Notes under the pieces: model-generated
What the model was told of the DNA's origin: nothing
Database searches by the model: none
The model's input: the letters and a program-made list of their open reading frames with translations, nothing else
In this document: one piece after another, positions 1 through 9,238 of the stretch
How the letters are laid out: the number at the start of each line of letters is the position of its first letter
Numbering within the stretch: the first letter of the stretch is position 1
Assembly (NCBI GenBank): GCA_000999025.1
Contig: LCFM01000007.1
Location: forward strand, 1-54,098
DNA from: Parcubacteria group bacterium GW2011_GWA2_43_13
GTDB taxonomy: Bacteria; Patescibacteriota; Patescibacteriia; UBA9629; GWA2-43-13
Reading direction: 5' to 3'
DNA: 54,098 nucleotides
Program-made: the position numbers and the translations under genes

Positions 1-19
1 AACATTCTTTATAGCTCAG

Positions 20-53
20 ACCTCACCCTACCCTCTCCTATCTCAGGAGAGGG
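20..53 (-). repeat. REP-like palindrome, family A (CCCTCTCC-loop-GGAGAGGG-N2-GGGTGAGG), reverse orientation
   Basis: ACCTCACCCTA CCCTCTCCT atctc AGGAGAGGG; related copies at 9545, 9789, 20215, 28615, 47319. Confidence 0.75.
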
Positions 54-66
54 TTTACGATGCTGT

Positions 67-1869
67 ATGTTCAGAACTCATACGTGTGGAGAGCTTACAA
101 AAAGTGACCGAGGAAAATTAGTAACATTAGCCGGTTGGGTGCACGCGCGACGGGATCACGGTGGCGTGATTTTTGTTGATCTGCGCGATCGGTACGGATT
201 AACGCAAATCGTTGCGAATCCGGAAATGAATAAACAAGCGACGCAAGCATTAGATAAAGTACGGAGCGAGTTTGTTATCCAAATAAAAGGCGAGGTGATG
301 GCACGACCTGATGAAATGGTGAATAAAAAACTATCAACTGGTGAGGTTGAAGTGAAGGTGAATGAGGTGGTGATACTTTCAGAAGCCAAGACCCCGCCAT
401 TTGAAATTGATGAGCGGGAAAAAGAGAAAATAATCAATGAAGATACGCGGATAGAATACCGGTATCTTGATCTACGGCGAGATAAAAAAAGAGACACTAT
501 TATCATGCGCCACAAATTCGTCAAAGCGATACGGGATTTTTTGCATGAGCAAGATTTTATTGAGATTGAAACCCCGATTTTAACAAAAAGCACGCCAGAA
601 GGAGCAAGGGATTATATCGTGCCTTCCCGCCTGCATCCGGGAAAATTTTACGCGCTTCCGCAATCACCGCAACAGTATAAACAGTTATTGATGGTCGCGG
701 GCATGGACAAGTATTTCCAAATCGCGCGCTGTTTTCGGGATGAAGATCAGCGCGGAGACAGACAGCCTGAATTTACGCAATTGGATATGGAGATGTCGTT
801 TGTGGAAAGGGATGACGTGTTAGCATTGGCAGAAAACCTATTTACCACGGTGATTAAACAACTCTATCCTCATAAAAAGTTTTTACAAGAGCCATGGCCA
901 CGAATTCCGTATGAAGAAGTGATGCTTAAATATGGCATTGATAAACCGGATTTGCGGTTTCATGATATTATGGTGATTCAAGATATTTCTGATATGGTTG
1001 CGGATTGTGGGTTTGAAGTGTTTGCGAAAGCGGTGGCAAGTGGCGGGGTGATTCGCGCGATGGTTGCGCCATCAAAAAATAATAATCAATCACTTTCAAG
1101 AAGCCAGATTGATGAATTGACTGAAAAGGCAAAAAAAGAAGGCGCCAAGGGGCTTGCGTATATAGTGGTTGAGCAGGATGGCGTAAAATCTCCGATCACT
1201 AAATTTATCGGAGATGAGCTTGCGAAAAAAATTGTCAAAAAAATGTCAGCAGAAGCTGGTGATGTTATCTTTTTTGCGGCTGACACTAAATATATCGCGC
1301 AAAATGTGATGGGTGCTATTCGCAATGCATTGTTAAAGCAATTGGAGTTTGTTGAAAACGCGGATTCTGATTTGTTGGCGTTTGCGTTTGTGGTGGATTT
1401 TCCATTGTTTGAGGAAGTGAAAAACGATGCCGGTTTCTACGCGCCGTCCCATCATATGTTCACCAGTCCTCGGCCCGAAGATGAACATCTGCTTGCCAAG
1501 GATCCGTTCAAAGTAAAGTCATGGCAATACGATATGATTTGCAATGGGTATGAGGTCGGAGGCGGAAGCATCAGGATTCATGATCAGGAATTGCAAAAAA
1601 AGATTTTTGAATTGATAGGGTTTACGGAACAACAGGTCGCGTATTTTGCGCATATGCTGACTGCGTTTTCCTATGGCGTTCCGCCGCATGGTGGCATGGC
1701 GCCTGGAATTGATCGGTTGGTGATGTTGCTTCAAAACGAGCCGAATATCCGCGAAGTGATGGCATTCCCCAAAAACCAGCGCGCGGAAGATCCGATGATG
1801 CACGCGCCATCAGAAGTAGACGACAAACAACTCAAAGAAGCGCATATTGAAGTGGGGAGTAGAAAATAA
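67..1869 (+). CDS. aspS: Aspartate--tRNA ligase (probably non-discriminating Asp/Asn)
   Basis: RTHTCGEL, RRDHGG, YRYLDLRR, STPEGARD, LPQSPQ, CFRDED, GGSIRIH, PPHGG motifs; His in RDHGG is typical of the non-discriminating form. Confidence 0.97.
   Translation: MFRTHTCGELTKSDRGKLVTLAGWVHARRDHGGVIFVDLRDRYGLTQIVANPEMNKQATQALDKVRSEFVIQIKGEVMARPDEMVNKKLSTGEVEVKVNEVVILSEAKTPPFEIDEREKEKIINEDTRIEYRYLDLRRDKKRDTIIMRHKFVKAIRDFLHEQDFIEIETPILTKSTPEGARDYIVPSRLHPGKFYALPQSPQQYKQLLMVAGMDKYFQIARCFRDEDQRGDRQPEFTQLDMEMSFVERDDVLALAENLFTTVIKQLYPHKKFLQEPWPRIPYEEVMLKYGIDKPDLRFHDIMVIQDISDMVADCGFEVFAKAVASGGVIRAMVAPSKNNNQSLSRSQIDELTEKAKKEGAKGLAYIVVEQDGVKSPITKFIGDELAKKIVKKMSAEAGDVIFFAADTKYIAQNVMGAIRNALLKQLEFVENADSDLLAFAFVVDFPLFEEVKNDAGFYAPSHHMFTSPRPEDEHLLAKDPFKVKSWQYDMICNGYEVGGGSIRIHDQELQKKIFELIGFTEQQVAYFAHMLTAFSYGVPPHGGMAPGIDRLVMLLQNEPNIREVMAFPKNQRAEDPMMHAPSEVDDKQLKEAHIEVGSRK
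1820..1848 (+). repeat. 29-bp direct repeat, copy 1 (aspS 3' end); copy 2 at 3700..3728
   Basis: ACGACAAACAACTCAAAGAAGCGCATATT vs ACGACAAACAACTTAAAGAAGCGCATATT, one synonymous mismatch. Confidence 0.9.
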
Positions 1870-1882
1870 TAGCTCTAATGTT

Positions 1883-3694
1883 ATGGGACCAGAATTTAAG
1901 TCATCCGTTGGTTCTGAAAAACAGAATCAGGACTATAGAGAGTTTTGGGATACATTTGATCCGGCCTCCTTTGACATAAACACGATGTTAGATGTCCCGC
2001 CAGCATTACATAACGAGATTGCGATAAGGTTGATTGAGAGTGGGTGTGGTGAGGCAGTTGCTTATAATCTGGAAAAGTTTGAAGGATTGGATCATCCAGC
2101 TATCGCGAGGAGGTTGATTGAGAGTGGGGGTGGTGCTGCAGTTGCTTATAATCTGGGAAAGTTTGAAGGATTGGATCATCCAGCTATCGCGAGGAGGTTG
2201 ATTGAGAGTGGGCATGGTTATGCAGTTGCTGTTAATCTGGAAAAGTTTGAAGGATTAGATCATCCAGCTATCGCGATGAGGTTGATTGAGCGTGGGTATG
2301 GTGATGCAGTTGCTTATAATCTGGGAAAGTTTAAAGGATTGAATCATCCAGATATCGCGATGAAGTTGATTGAGGGTGGGCGTGGTGATGCAGTTGCTGA
2401 TAATCTGGAGAAGTTTGAAGGATTGGATCATCCAGATATCGCGATGAGGTTGATTGAGAGTGGGCATGGTGCTGCAGTTGCTTATAATCTGGGAAAGTTT
2501 GAAGGATTGAATCATCCAGATATCGCGATGAGGTTGATTGAGAGTGGGTGTGGTCGTGCAGTTGCTCATAATCTGGAAAAGTTTGAAGGATTGAATCAAG
2601 GTATCGCGATGAGGTTGATTGAGAGTGGGTATGGTCGTGCAGTTGCTGTTAATCTGTACAAGTTTTCCATTAAAGATGTGGATATTTTGAGAACCGGATT
2701 TGAGTTTTTAGCTAGAGATATTATACACAAGAGCTGGGCTGAATTATCCGTGGATAAGAAGAAATTAGTATTTGGAGTATGGGTACGATCACAATTCTCT
2801 GATCAATTTCATTTGGAGAATCATTCAACCGACGCGTGGCGTGATTTTCTAACACAAGAAGAGATTTTTGATGACACGACATGGGCGGCATTCCTTAAGA
2901 ACATTGGCGATATCCGCACAGAAATTCAATCTGTAGGCACGCAGACACCGCTGGATACTAATCAAGTTTCAGTAGGTATTGATTTTGAGCCAGCGATCAA
3001 TATCCTTCAAGAAGATGCATTTGAAAAACGATTTCAACCCATGACGGAGAGCAGTGAGATAGAACGTGTTATTCGATGCTGGGAAGGGGTAACCCATCTG
3101 TTGTGCAAGAAATACAGATTAATACCAAAGGGAATATACGATAGTGTGCATTTGCATTTTGGGTTAAGAAAATGGCAACAGCAAGAAGTAATAAGCCATG
3201 TAGCAGAAATTAAACGGTTGATGAGCTATATTGATGTAATCTATAACACCAAAGGCAGGATTCAGATGATGCAGAAAATTGAGGAAAGATTAGTGACCAT
3301 TGATACGGATGCTATGCAAGGTGGATATGATGCAAGACTCCAGCTTCGTCATATGAGTTTTATCGCTGGGACAGAGAGTAAATCATTTTTTATGAGTTTG
3401 ATAGAGTATATGAGAGCTGTGATTGCAAGCGACAACTATGGCGCGTTTAGAGAAGACGCGGATAGAATATATGGGTTGGTAGAAGAGATCATTCAAAATG
3501 AGATAGGGTATGGCGATGAAGACGCGAAACTTGACGGTGGCTGGGAGAAACGAGCGGTGAAGATGGGCAAAATTAAACCGAAGGAGGGGACATTGGCGTT
3601 TATCGTGTCTATAGAAGTGAGAGGTGTGGTATTGAATGAGATTCAAGAGGTACTCAATCGTCGTGTGCGCGTGTTGGCCAAAACACGGTCATAA
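1883..3694 (+). CDS. Hypothetical protein with ~8 tandem 28-aa helical repeats and an unassigned C-terminal domain
   Basis: Long ORF; first ATG at 1883 after the aspS stop; repeat consensus IAMRLIESGxGxAVAxNLxKFEGLxHPx. Confidence 0.85.
   Translation: MGPEFKSSVGSEKQNQDYREFWDTFDPASFDINTMLDVPPALHNEIAIRLIESGCGEAVAYNLEKFEGLDHPAIARRLIESGGGAAVAYNLGKFEGLDHPAIARRLIESGHGYAVAVNLEKFEGLDHPAIAMRLIERGYGDAVAYNLGKFKGLNHPDIAMKLIEGGRGDAVADNLEKFEGLDHPDIAMRLIESGHGAAVAYNLGKFEGLNHPDIAMRLIESGCGRAVAHNLEKFEGLNQGIAMRLIESGYGRAVAVNLYKFSIKDVDILRTGFEFLARDIIHKSWAELSVDKKKLVFGVWVRSQFSDQFHLENHSTDAWRDFLTQEEIFDDTTWAAFLKNIGDIRTEIQSVGTQTPLDTNQVSVGIDFEPAINILQEDAFEKRFQPMTESSEIERVIRCWEGVTHLLCKKYRLIPKGIYDSVHLHFGLRKWQQQEVISHVAEIKRLMSYIDVIYNTKGRIQMMQKIEERLVTIDTDAMQGGYDARLQLRHMSFIAGTESKSFFMSLIEYMRAVIASDNYGAFREDADRIYGLVEEIIQNEIGYGDEDAKLDGGWEKRAVKMGKIKPKEGTLAFIVSIEVRGVVLNEIQEVLNRRVRVLAKTRS
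2018..2665 (+). repeat. Intragenic 84-bp tandem repeat, 7 units plus a partial 8th
   Basis: Units start at 2018, 2102, 2186, 2270, 2354, 2438, 2522 and 2603; unit 7 is 81 bp. Confidence 0.95.
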
Positions 3695-3699
3695 GTTAA

Positions 3700-3728
3700 A
3701 CGACAAACAACTTAAAGAAGCGCATATT
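3700..3728 (+). repeat. 29-bp direct repeat, copy 2 (orphan aspS 3' end)
   Basis: In the aspS-equivalent frame it reads DKQLKEAHISTTVDN-stop. Confidence 0.9.
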
Positions 3729-3760
3729 AGTACGACAGTTGACAATTAACCATTAAACGA

Positions 3761-3789
3761 TTGACAGCTGGGAATTCGTAATGTATTAT
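3761..3789 (+). promoter_or_regulatory. Sigma70 promoter of the toxin-antitoxin operon
   Basis: TTGACA-17 nt-TATTAT. Confidence 0.7.
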
Positions 3790-3816
3790 ATTATAATATT
3801 AAATTATCATATTTTT

Positions 3817-4041
3817 ATGTCTACACTTTCTATCCCACTAACCCCCCAACTTGAGACGTTTATTGATGAGCAGGTGCGGCTCGGCAGGGCGGCAAATAAA
3901 GCAGATGTGGTACGCAAAGCGCTTCGGCTTTTTGCTGAAGAAGAAGCAGTGGCACAGGTTTTGAGAGCAGAGCAAGAAGTACGAGAAGGAAAATTATTGT
4001 CAGGCGATATTAAAGAGCTTGTAAAAAAGTTTTCTGATTAG
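3817..4041 (+). CDS. Ribbon-helix-helix antitoxin (ParD/CopG-like)
   Basis: MSTLSIPLTPQLETFIDEQV...ANKADVVRKALRL RHH pattern; directly upstream of a RelE-like gene. Confidence 0.8.
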   Translation: MSTLSIPLTPQLETFIDEQVRLGRAANKADVVRKALRLFAEEEAVAQVLRAEQEVREGKLLSGDIKELVKKFSD

Positions 4042-4051
4042 AATCCTTTGT

Positions 4052-4309
4052 ATGGATATTTTTTACACCCCGGCTTTTACACGGCAGTTTTCCTCGCTTG
4101 AGTATGTACTCCAAGAAGAAGCCACTTTGAAAATTGAGCAATTTAAAGATCTTAAGAACCATCAACAGTTGAGAGTTCATAAGCTCAAGGGGCATCTTTC
4201 CGGACGATATAGTTTTTATGTGAATTATCGGTATAGAATAGTTTTTGTGTATCAAGGAAACGATGTGGCTATTTTGCTTGCGATTGGAGATCATGAAGTA
4301 TATACATAA
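4052..4309 (+). CDS. RelE/YafQ-family type II toxin
   Basis: YTPAFTRQF, LRVHKLKGHLSGRYSF, YRIVF, IGDHEVY. Confidence 0.85.
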   Translation: MDIFYTPAFTRQFSSLEYVLQEEATLKIEQFKDLKNHQQLRVHKLKGHLSGRYSFYVNYRYRIVFVYQGNDVAILLAIGDHEVYT

Positions 4310-4495
4310 CATTGCGCTATGCGGTTATCGGTTCTTCAGCGATATATTCTCAAACAGTGCTTTATTATGGGAGGCAAGTATGGGAGGCGTACGCCTCAAA
4401 AATGGTTTATCGAAAGTGTGTCTCTTACTCCTGATGGGAAAAAAGCCGCATGGAAAGTAATAGAAGATCAGCAAATGAAGTTGTTAAAATAAAAG

Positions 4496-4972
4496 GCGAC
4501 ACGAAATGCGCGAATACAACACACGAATGACACAAAAATAAACATATGCCAAAGATTATTTTCCCTGAATTGTCGTATAGAATTACTGGTATTTGTTTTA
4601 AAGTGCACAAGGAATTAGGACGATTTTGTTCAGAAATGCAATATGCAGACAAACTCGAAAAAATATTGCTTCAAGAAAAGATGCTGTATGTTAGAGAATG
4701 TGATATGAGAAAAATAGAGATGACAGCCGCTCGTGGAAATAGGGTCGATTTTTTAATAGAGGATAGTATTCTTTTAGATGTTAAAGCAAAAAAGTTCATT
4801 ACGAAAGAAGATTATATTCAGATGTTACGGTATTTGAAATGGGGAAAGAAGAAGTTAGGAGTGATTGTGAATTTTCGTCATACATATCTTAAGCCCAAGC
4901 GGGTGATTAATAACGAATTTGAATAAAACTCGTTTCGCGTCATTCGTGTGATTTTCGAGTTTTTAGCGTCGC
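4496..4972. repeat. Imperfect inverted repeats (4496-4537 and 4933-4972) enclosing the GxxExxY gene
   Basis: CACACGAATGAC (4520-4531) is the reverse complement of GTCATTCGTGTG (4939-4950); outer GCGAC/GTCGC also pair. Confidence 0.7.
4546..4926 (+). CDS. GxxExxY protein (PD-(D/E)XK-like fold)
   Basis: ELSYRITG..FKVHKELGRFCSEMQY, RVDFLIED..LDVK, GVIVNF. Confidence 0.9.
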   Translation: MPKIIFPELSYRITGICFKVHKELGRFCSEMQYADKLEKILLQEKMLYVRECDMRKIEMTAARGNRVDFLIEDSILLDVKAKKFITKEDYIQMLRYLKWGKKKLGVIVNFRHTYLKPKRVINNEFE

Positions 4973-4976
4973 TTAT

Positions 4977-5675
4977 ATGCATTCAGTAACACTTGAGCAA
5001 TTTGAAGGGCCGATGGATTTGTTGTTAAACATGATTGAGGGCAAGAAATTGGATATCAGCGATATATCGCTTGCTGATGTGTGCGATCAGTATGTTCACT
5101 ACATTGAGGCCCATACTCATGAAATCAGTCCTGATGAGTTGGCTGATTTTTTAGTGATTGCCTCGCGGTTGCTGATGCTGAAAGTGCGTCTGTTGTTGCC
5201 GTATTTGGTTCCAGAAGAGGAAGAAGATGAGGCCTCGCTTGAACAACAGTTGAAAATGTATAAATTGTATTATGATGCGGCGCGCGAGTTGGGAAACAGG
5301 GATAATGGCATGCCGATTATGTTCTTACGTTGTGCGCCTCGTATGCCGATTCATAAAGAATTCAAGCCGGATGAACGTATTACGCTTGATTTTTTGGCAC
5401 TGACATGTGAACATCTTATTAACCATCTGCCGTTTATTCGTCTTCCTCAACAGATTTTGAAAAAAGGATTGAATATAAAACAGCGCATAGAGGATTTGCG
5501 CGCGTTACTTTCAACGATTAAAAAAGAGGTGTCATTCAGTCATATCACGAAACGAGCAGAGAATAAATTGGATATTATTATTTTTTTTATCGCGCTTCTT
5601 GAGTTAGTAAAACAGCAAGAAGTTCATTTGACGCAAGAAACGGTATTTGAGGAGATTACTATTATTCGGCGCTAA
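4977..5675 (+). CDS. scpA: Segregation and condensation protein A
   Basis: FEGPMDLLL, LADFLVIASRLLMLK, FIALLELVK. Confidence 0.93.
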   Translation: MHSVTLEQFEGPMDLLLNMIEGKKLDISDISLADVCDQYVHYIEAHTHEISPDELADFLVIASRLLMLKVRLLLPYLVPEEEEDEASLEQQLKMYKLYYDAARELGNRDNGMPIMFLRCAPRMPIHKEFKPDERITLDFLALTCEHLINHLPFIRLPQQILKKGLNIKQRIEDLRALLSTIKKEVSFSHITKRAENKLDIIIFFIALLELVKQQEVHLTQETVFEEITIIRR

Positions 5676-5694
5676 AAGATTGTTGTTATTTTCT

Positions 5695-6240
5695 ATGAAT
5701 GCAAAATTAGTCATTGAAGCGTTGTTGTTTGTGGCCGGAAAGCCATTGTCATATAAAAAGTGCGGATCGATCCTGTCTATCTCTGCGAATGATGTTAAAA
5801 AGATTATCAAAGAACTTCAAACGGAATATTACGATGCAAAACGGGGCATGGCGATTATTACCACAGAGATGGAATGCCAGATGACAACAGCACCAGACGT
5901 GGCTGATGTTGTGCAAGAATTTTTTTCTGCGGAACAAGAAACGAAATTGACACCACCATCACTTGAAGCATTAACAGTGATTGCGTATCGCGGACCAATG
6001 ACAAAGCAGGAGTTGGAATATATTCGAGGGGTCAACTGCTCGCTTATTCTTCGCAATCTTTTAATTCGCGGATTTATTGATGAGCGTGTTGATGAAAAAA
6101 TCGGACTATCAGTTTATTCTGTTACGCTTGATTTTTTAAGTTATATGGGAGTTGCGGACGTGTCGGCATTGCCACGGTATGAGGAACTTTCTCATCATCC
6201 TGATTTGGAAGACTTTTTAGCGCAACAGGGTGATATGTAA
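5695..6240 (+). CDS. scpB: Segregation and condensation protein B
   Basis: IEALLFVAGKP, LEALTVIAYRGP, IRGVN, FLSYMG; follows scpA. Confidence 0.93.
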   Translation: MNAKLVIEALLFVAGKPLSYKKCGSILSISANDVKKIIKELQTEYYDAKRGMAIITTEMECQMTTAPDVADVVQEFFSAEQETKLTPPSLEALTVIAYRGPMTKQELEYIRGVNCSLILRNLLIRGFIDERVDEKIGLSVYSVTLDFLSYMGVADVSALPRYEELSHHPDLEDFLAQQGDM

Positions 6241-6323
6241 ATACAATGACAAAGAATAAAAGAATTGTTCTATTATTGATAACAATACAACAATAAAGCA
6301 ATATAACAATTTCGTGTTTTTTT

Positions 6324-7232
6324 ATGTTATTATCTTTTTTAGCACTGCTATGGTCATGGTCGCTTGGGAGTAATCCAGGTATTCAATCTCAACCCGTGCT
6401 TTTGCAACCTATTGTCGAGCAGAGTAGTATCGGACCCCAACGGGTGAATCCTGAAAATCTTGGTATTGTTGTAACCGCTTTATCTGCGATTGCGGTAGAT
6501 GAAAAAACAGGCGCTGTGTTATTTGAAAAAAATGCTGATCAGGAGCGGCCGCTTGCGAGTTTAACAAAATTATGGACGGCAAAGGCCGTGAAGCAAGTAC
6601 TGAAGGACCCTCAATCCATTATTACCATGACGCAAGCGGATAATCGCAACGGCAGTGCGCGTAGAGTGTATGCAGGAGAGCGCGTTGCGTTGAATGACGC
6701 TATTGCGCTGATGATGATTGCGTCTGACAACTCCATGGCTGTGGCCTTAAGCAGGGTTGCTTCGCAACAAGAGAATATCGCTGTGTCGGAGTTGTTAAAC
6801 AATATTTCAACATCGCTTGAGATTATTCATACGGATATCCAAGAGCCGACCGGGCTTTCGGCGAATAATATTTCCACTGCGCGTGATGTCGCGCATATGG
6901 CTCAAACTATTTTTTCCGATAAGGAGCTGACAACTCTTTTGGGTATGCCGGAGTATCAGTTTCGCATACAAGGATCGAATCGGCTGGTGCGTTTTGACAA
7001 TACGAATAAATTACTTGCTCAAGATTGGCCGTATATCATTGCCGGTAAGACCGGTTTTACAGAAGAGGCAGGTGGAAATTTAGTTGTGCTTGCCCAAGAT
7101 GAAAGTGGCAATCGTATTATTATTGCCGTGATGGGGAGCGCTTCAAATGAGGATCGGTTTCAAGATGTTAAAAATATTATTCATTGGGTGTTTGGTAATT
7201 GGGAGTGGAAAAAGAGTGGAGAAGCGCAGTAG
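6324..7232 (+). CDS. D-alanyl-D-alanine carboxypeptidase (peptidase S11)
   Basis: Signal peptide; SxxK (ASLTK), SDN and KTG motifs. Confidence 0.88.
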   Translation: MLLSFLALLWSWSLGSNPGIQSQPVLLQPIVEQSSIGPQRVNPENLGIVVTALSAIAVDEKTGAVLFEKNADQERPLASLTKLWTAKAVKQVLKDPQSIITMTQADNRNGSARRVYAGERVALNDAIALMMIASDNSMAVALSRVASQQENIAVSELLNNISTSLEIIHTDIQEPTGLSANNISTARDVAHMAQTIFSDKELTTLLGMPEYQFRIQGSNRLVRFDNTNKLLAQDWPYIIAGKTGFTEEAGGNLVVLAQDESGNRIIIAVMGSASNEDRFQDVKNIIHWVFGNWEWKKSGEAQ

Positions 7233-7332
7233 TCATGGCAGGCGTTTTAAGATATACTATCTGTAATGACACAGTTCAAATGACACATTAGAAAAGGTTG
7301 TTTGATATTTGGGTTTTGTTATTATCTTTCGT

Positions 7333-8118
7333 ATGTTTAAAGCGCCGTTTTTAGTTGCGAATTGGAAAATGAATTATGGCATTAAGCAAGCTGTTCAAGT
7401 CACGGCTGATATTGTTGTTGGCCTTCGGGGTATGCGTCGAAAAGGTCAATTAGTGCTGTGCCCGTCTTATCCCGCGCTATTGAGTGTTAAACAGACCATT
7501 GGCGATGAGAGTATTTCATTAGGTGCGCAAGATCTATCAGGTCAAGATCGTGGCGCATTCACTGGCGAGGTTGCGCCGTGGATGATCAAAGAGGCCGGCG
7601 CGGAGTATGTGATTATTGGTCATTCTGAACGCAAAAAATATTTTAGCGAAACAAATGAGAGTATTAATAACAAAGTTAAAAATGCGTTGAAAGAAGGATT
7701 AACTCCGATTATTTGTGTGGGAGAAACATTTGAAGAGCGCCAAGAGAATCAAAAAGATCATGTTGTGTTGAGGCAGGTGCAGAATGCGCTTGACGGGGTA
7801 AAGGTGAGTCCTATCAACCCGATTATTATTGCGTATGAGCCGGTATGGGTGATTGGTACGGGCCAGGCGATTGAACCGAGCGATGCCGAATATATGCATA
7901 CACTGATTCGTCAAGTGTTGATTGATTTATATCCCTTGGTTGTAGTGGATCATCATACAGCCATTTTGTATGGCGGAAGCGTTGACGAAAATAATGTTGA
8001 TGAGTTTTGCGACAAAGAGCATATACAAGGGTTTTTAGTCGGATCGGCAAGTTTGCACAGTCAGCAGTTTTTAAAGATTATCGAAAAAGTTTGTAAAGAG
8101 AGTTCTGCACAGTCATAG
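7333..8118 (+). CDS. tpiA: Triosephosphate isomerase
   Basis: ANWKMN, IIGHSER, AYEPVWVIGTG, LYGGSV. Confidence 0.96.
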   Translation: MFKAPFLVANWKMNYGIKQAVQVTADIVVGLRGMRRKGQLVLCPSYPALLSVKQTIGDESISLGAQDLSGQDRGAFTGEVAPWMIKEAGAEYVIIGHSERKKYFSETNESINNKVKNALKEGLTPIICVGETFEERQENQKDHVVLRQVQNALDGVKVSPINPIIIAYEPVWVIGTGQAIEPSDAEYMHTLIRQVLIDLYPLVVVDHHTAILYGGSVDENNVDEFCDKEHIQGFLVGSASLHSQQFLKIIEKVCKESSAQS

Positions 8119-8142
8119 TCATACTCATACTTTACCGTCTCT

Positions 8143-8940
8143 ATGTTTATCACGTTTGTATTATTAATAGGAATTATCGCGTGCCTTGCTTTTGTTGTTG
8201 GCATTGTGTATCGAAAGCTTCCTCATGTTTCCAATGTTGATGTGAGTTCGTTAAAGCAAGAAAAGCAGAGGAATGTCAAAAGATCGCTGACAGAAGAACG
8301 GCTCAAGCGTAAAATAGTTGCTGTTACCGGCAAGGTGACATCTTTTTTTGCTCCGCATGTTATGCGGCATTCATCACGCGTGAAAGAAAAAGTGCAGGCA
8401 ATTCAAAAAAAACATACTGAAATGGTAAAAGAAAAACAGAAAAAAGATATTAAGGCCGCCGGAAAACACGCGACCGGGGAGCATATTCAAATACTGATTC
8501 AAACAGCGCGCGGGTTTATTGATCAAGAGGAATATGATTCTGCTGAAGAAAAACTTCTTGAAGCATTAGGATTTGATAAAAAAAGGGTTGATGTGTATCG
8601 TGTATTGGCAGAATTGTACGAGAGGGAAAAGGAATATCAGCAAGCATGGGAAACCATGACCTATGTATTAAAAATTGAAAACGGGAATATTGAGCCCGAG
8701 GATCTTGCGTTTGCCGGTGAGTGCGCGTCTGCGATGGAAGATTATCCTAAAGCGCGCGAGATGTTCGAGAAAGCGCTTGAAAAAGAGCCGGAAAATCCTA
8801 AATACCTTGACCGTCTTCTCCGGCACTGTATACTGCTTAAAGATAAAAATACTGCATGGGATGTGTATGGCCGGCTCAAAAAAGCAAATCCGGAGAACAA
8901 GAAATTGGATGAATATCTCATTGCAGTGAAAGAACTTTAG
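8143..8940 (+). CDS. Membrane-anchored tetratricopeptide repeat protein
   Basis: N-terminal transmembrane helix, basic coiled region, TPR-like helices (AREMFEKALEKEPEN). Confidence 0.75.
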   Translation: MFITFVLLIGIIACLAFVVGIVYRKLPHVSNVDVSSLKQEKQRNVKRSLTEERLKRKIVAVTGKVTSFFAPHVMRHSSRVKEKVQAIQKKHTEMVKEKQKKDIKAAGKHATGEHIQILIQTARGFIDQEEYDSAEEKLLEALGFDKKRVDVYRVLAELYEREKEYQQAWETMTYVLKIENGNIEPEDLAFAGECASAMEDYPKAREMFEKALEKEPENPKYLDRLLRHCILLKDKNTAWDVYGRLKKANPENKKLDEYLIAVKEL

Positions 8941-8954
8941 TTGTTGTTGGATAG

Positions 8955-8983
8955 TTGACATATGATCCTTGACAAGACATACT
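8955..8983 (+). promoter_or_regulatory. Sigma70 promoter of the tRNA cluster
   Basis: TTGACA-17 nt-CATACT. Confidence 0.55.
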
Positions 8984-9023
8984 GTGTGTTATCGTTTTTT
9001 GTTATTGGTTTATTGTGATACTT

Positions 9024-9099
<76 letters not shown>

Positions 9100-9139
9100 T
9101 AGTAAAAAATTCGAAATCAAAGTCAGGAAATAGTGGAGA

Positions 9140-9238
9140 CAAAACGAAATGTTTCATTTCGTTTTGAGAGGAGGAAGGTATGCAAGCTGAAGTTTTTGAG
9201 TGAACTCAAAAACGGAAGCTGGGATACACTTCCGACGA
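9140..9238 (+). repeat. Structured ~100-nt element, copy 1, directly 5' of tRNA-Tyr
   Basis: Near-identical to 9363..9463; hairpins CAAAACGAAATG/CATTTCGTTTTG and GTTTTTGAG/CTCAAAAAC. Confidence 0.85.

Noticed and set aside
2018-2665. CRISPR array
   Set aside because: Units are contiguous, in frame and protein-coding, with no unique spacers and no cas genes in the window
4310-4491. Possible gene remnant ending YGRRTPQKWFIESVSLTPDGKKAAWKVIEDQQMKLLK*
   Set aside because: No clear start and too short to assign without a search
6241-6312. AACAAT-rich ~8-nt tandem repeats
   Set aside because: Short, degenerate and AT-rich; cannot be distinguished from low-complexity spacer
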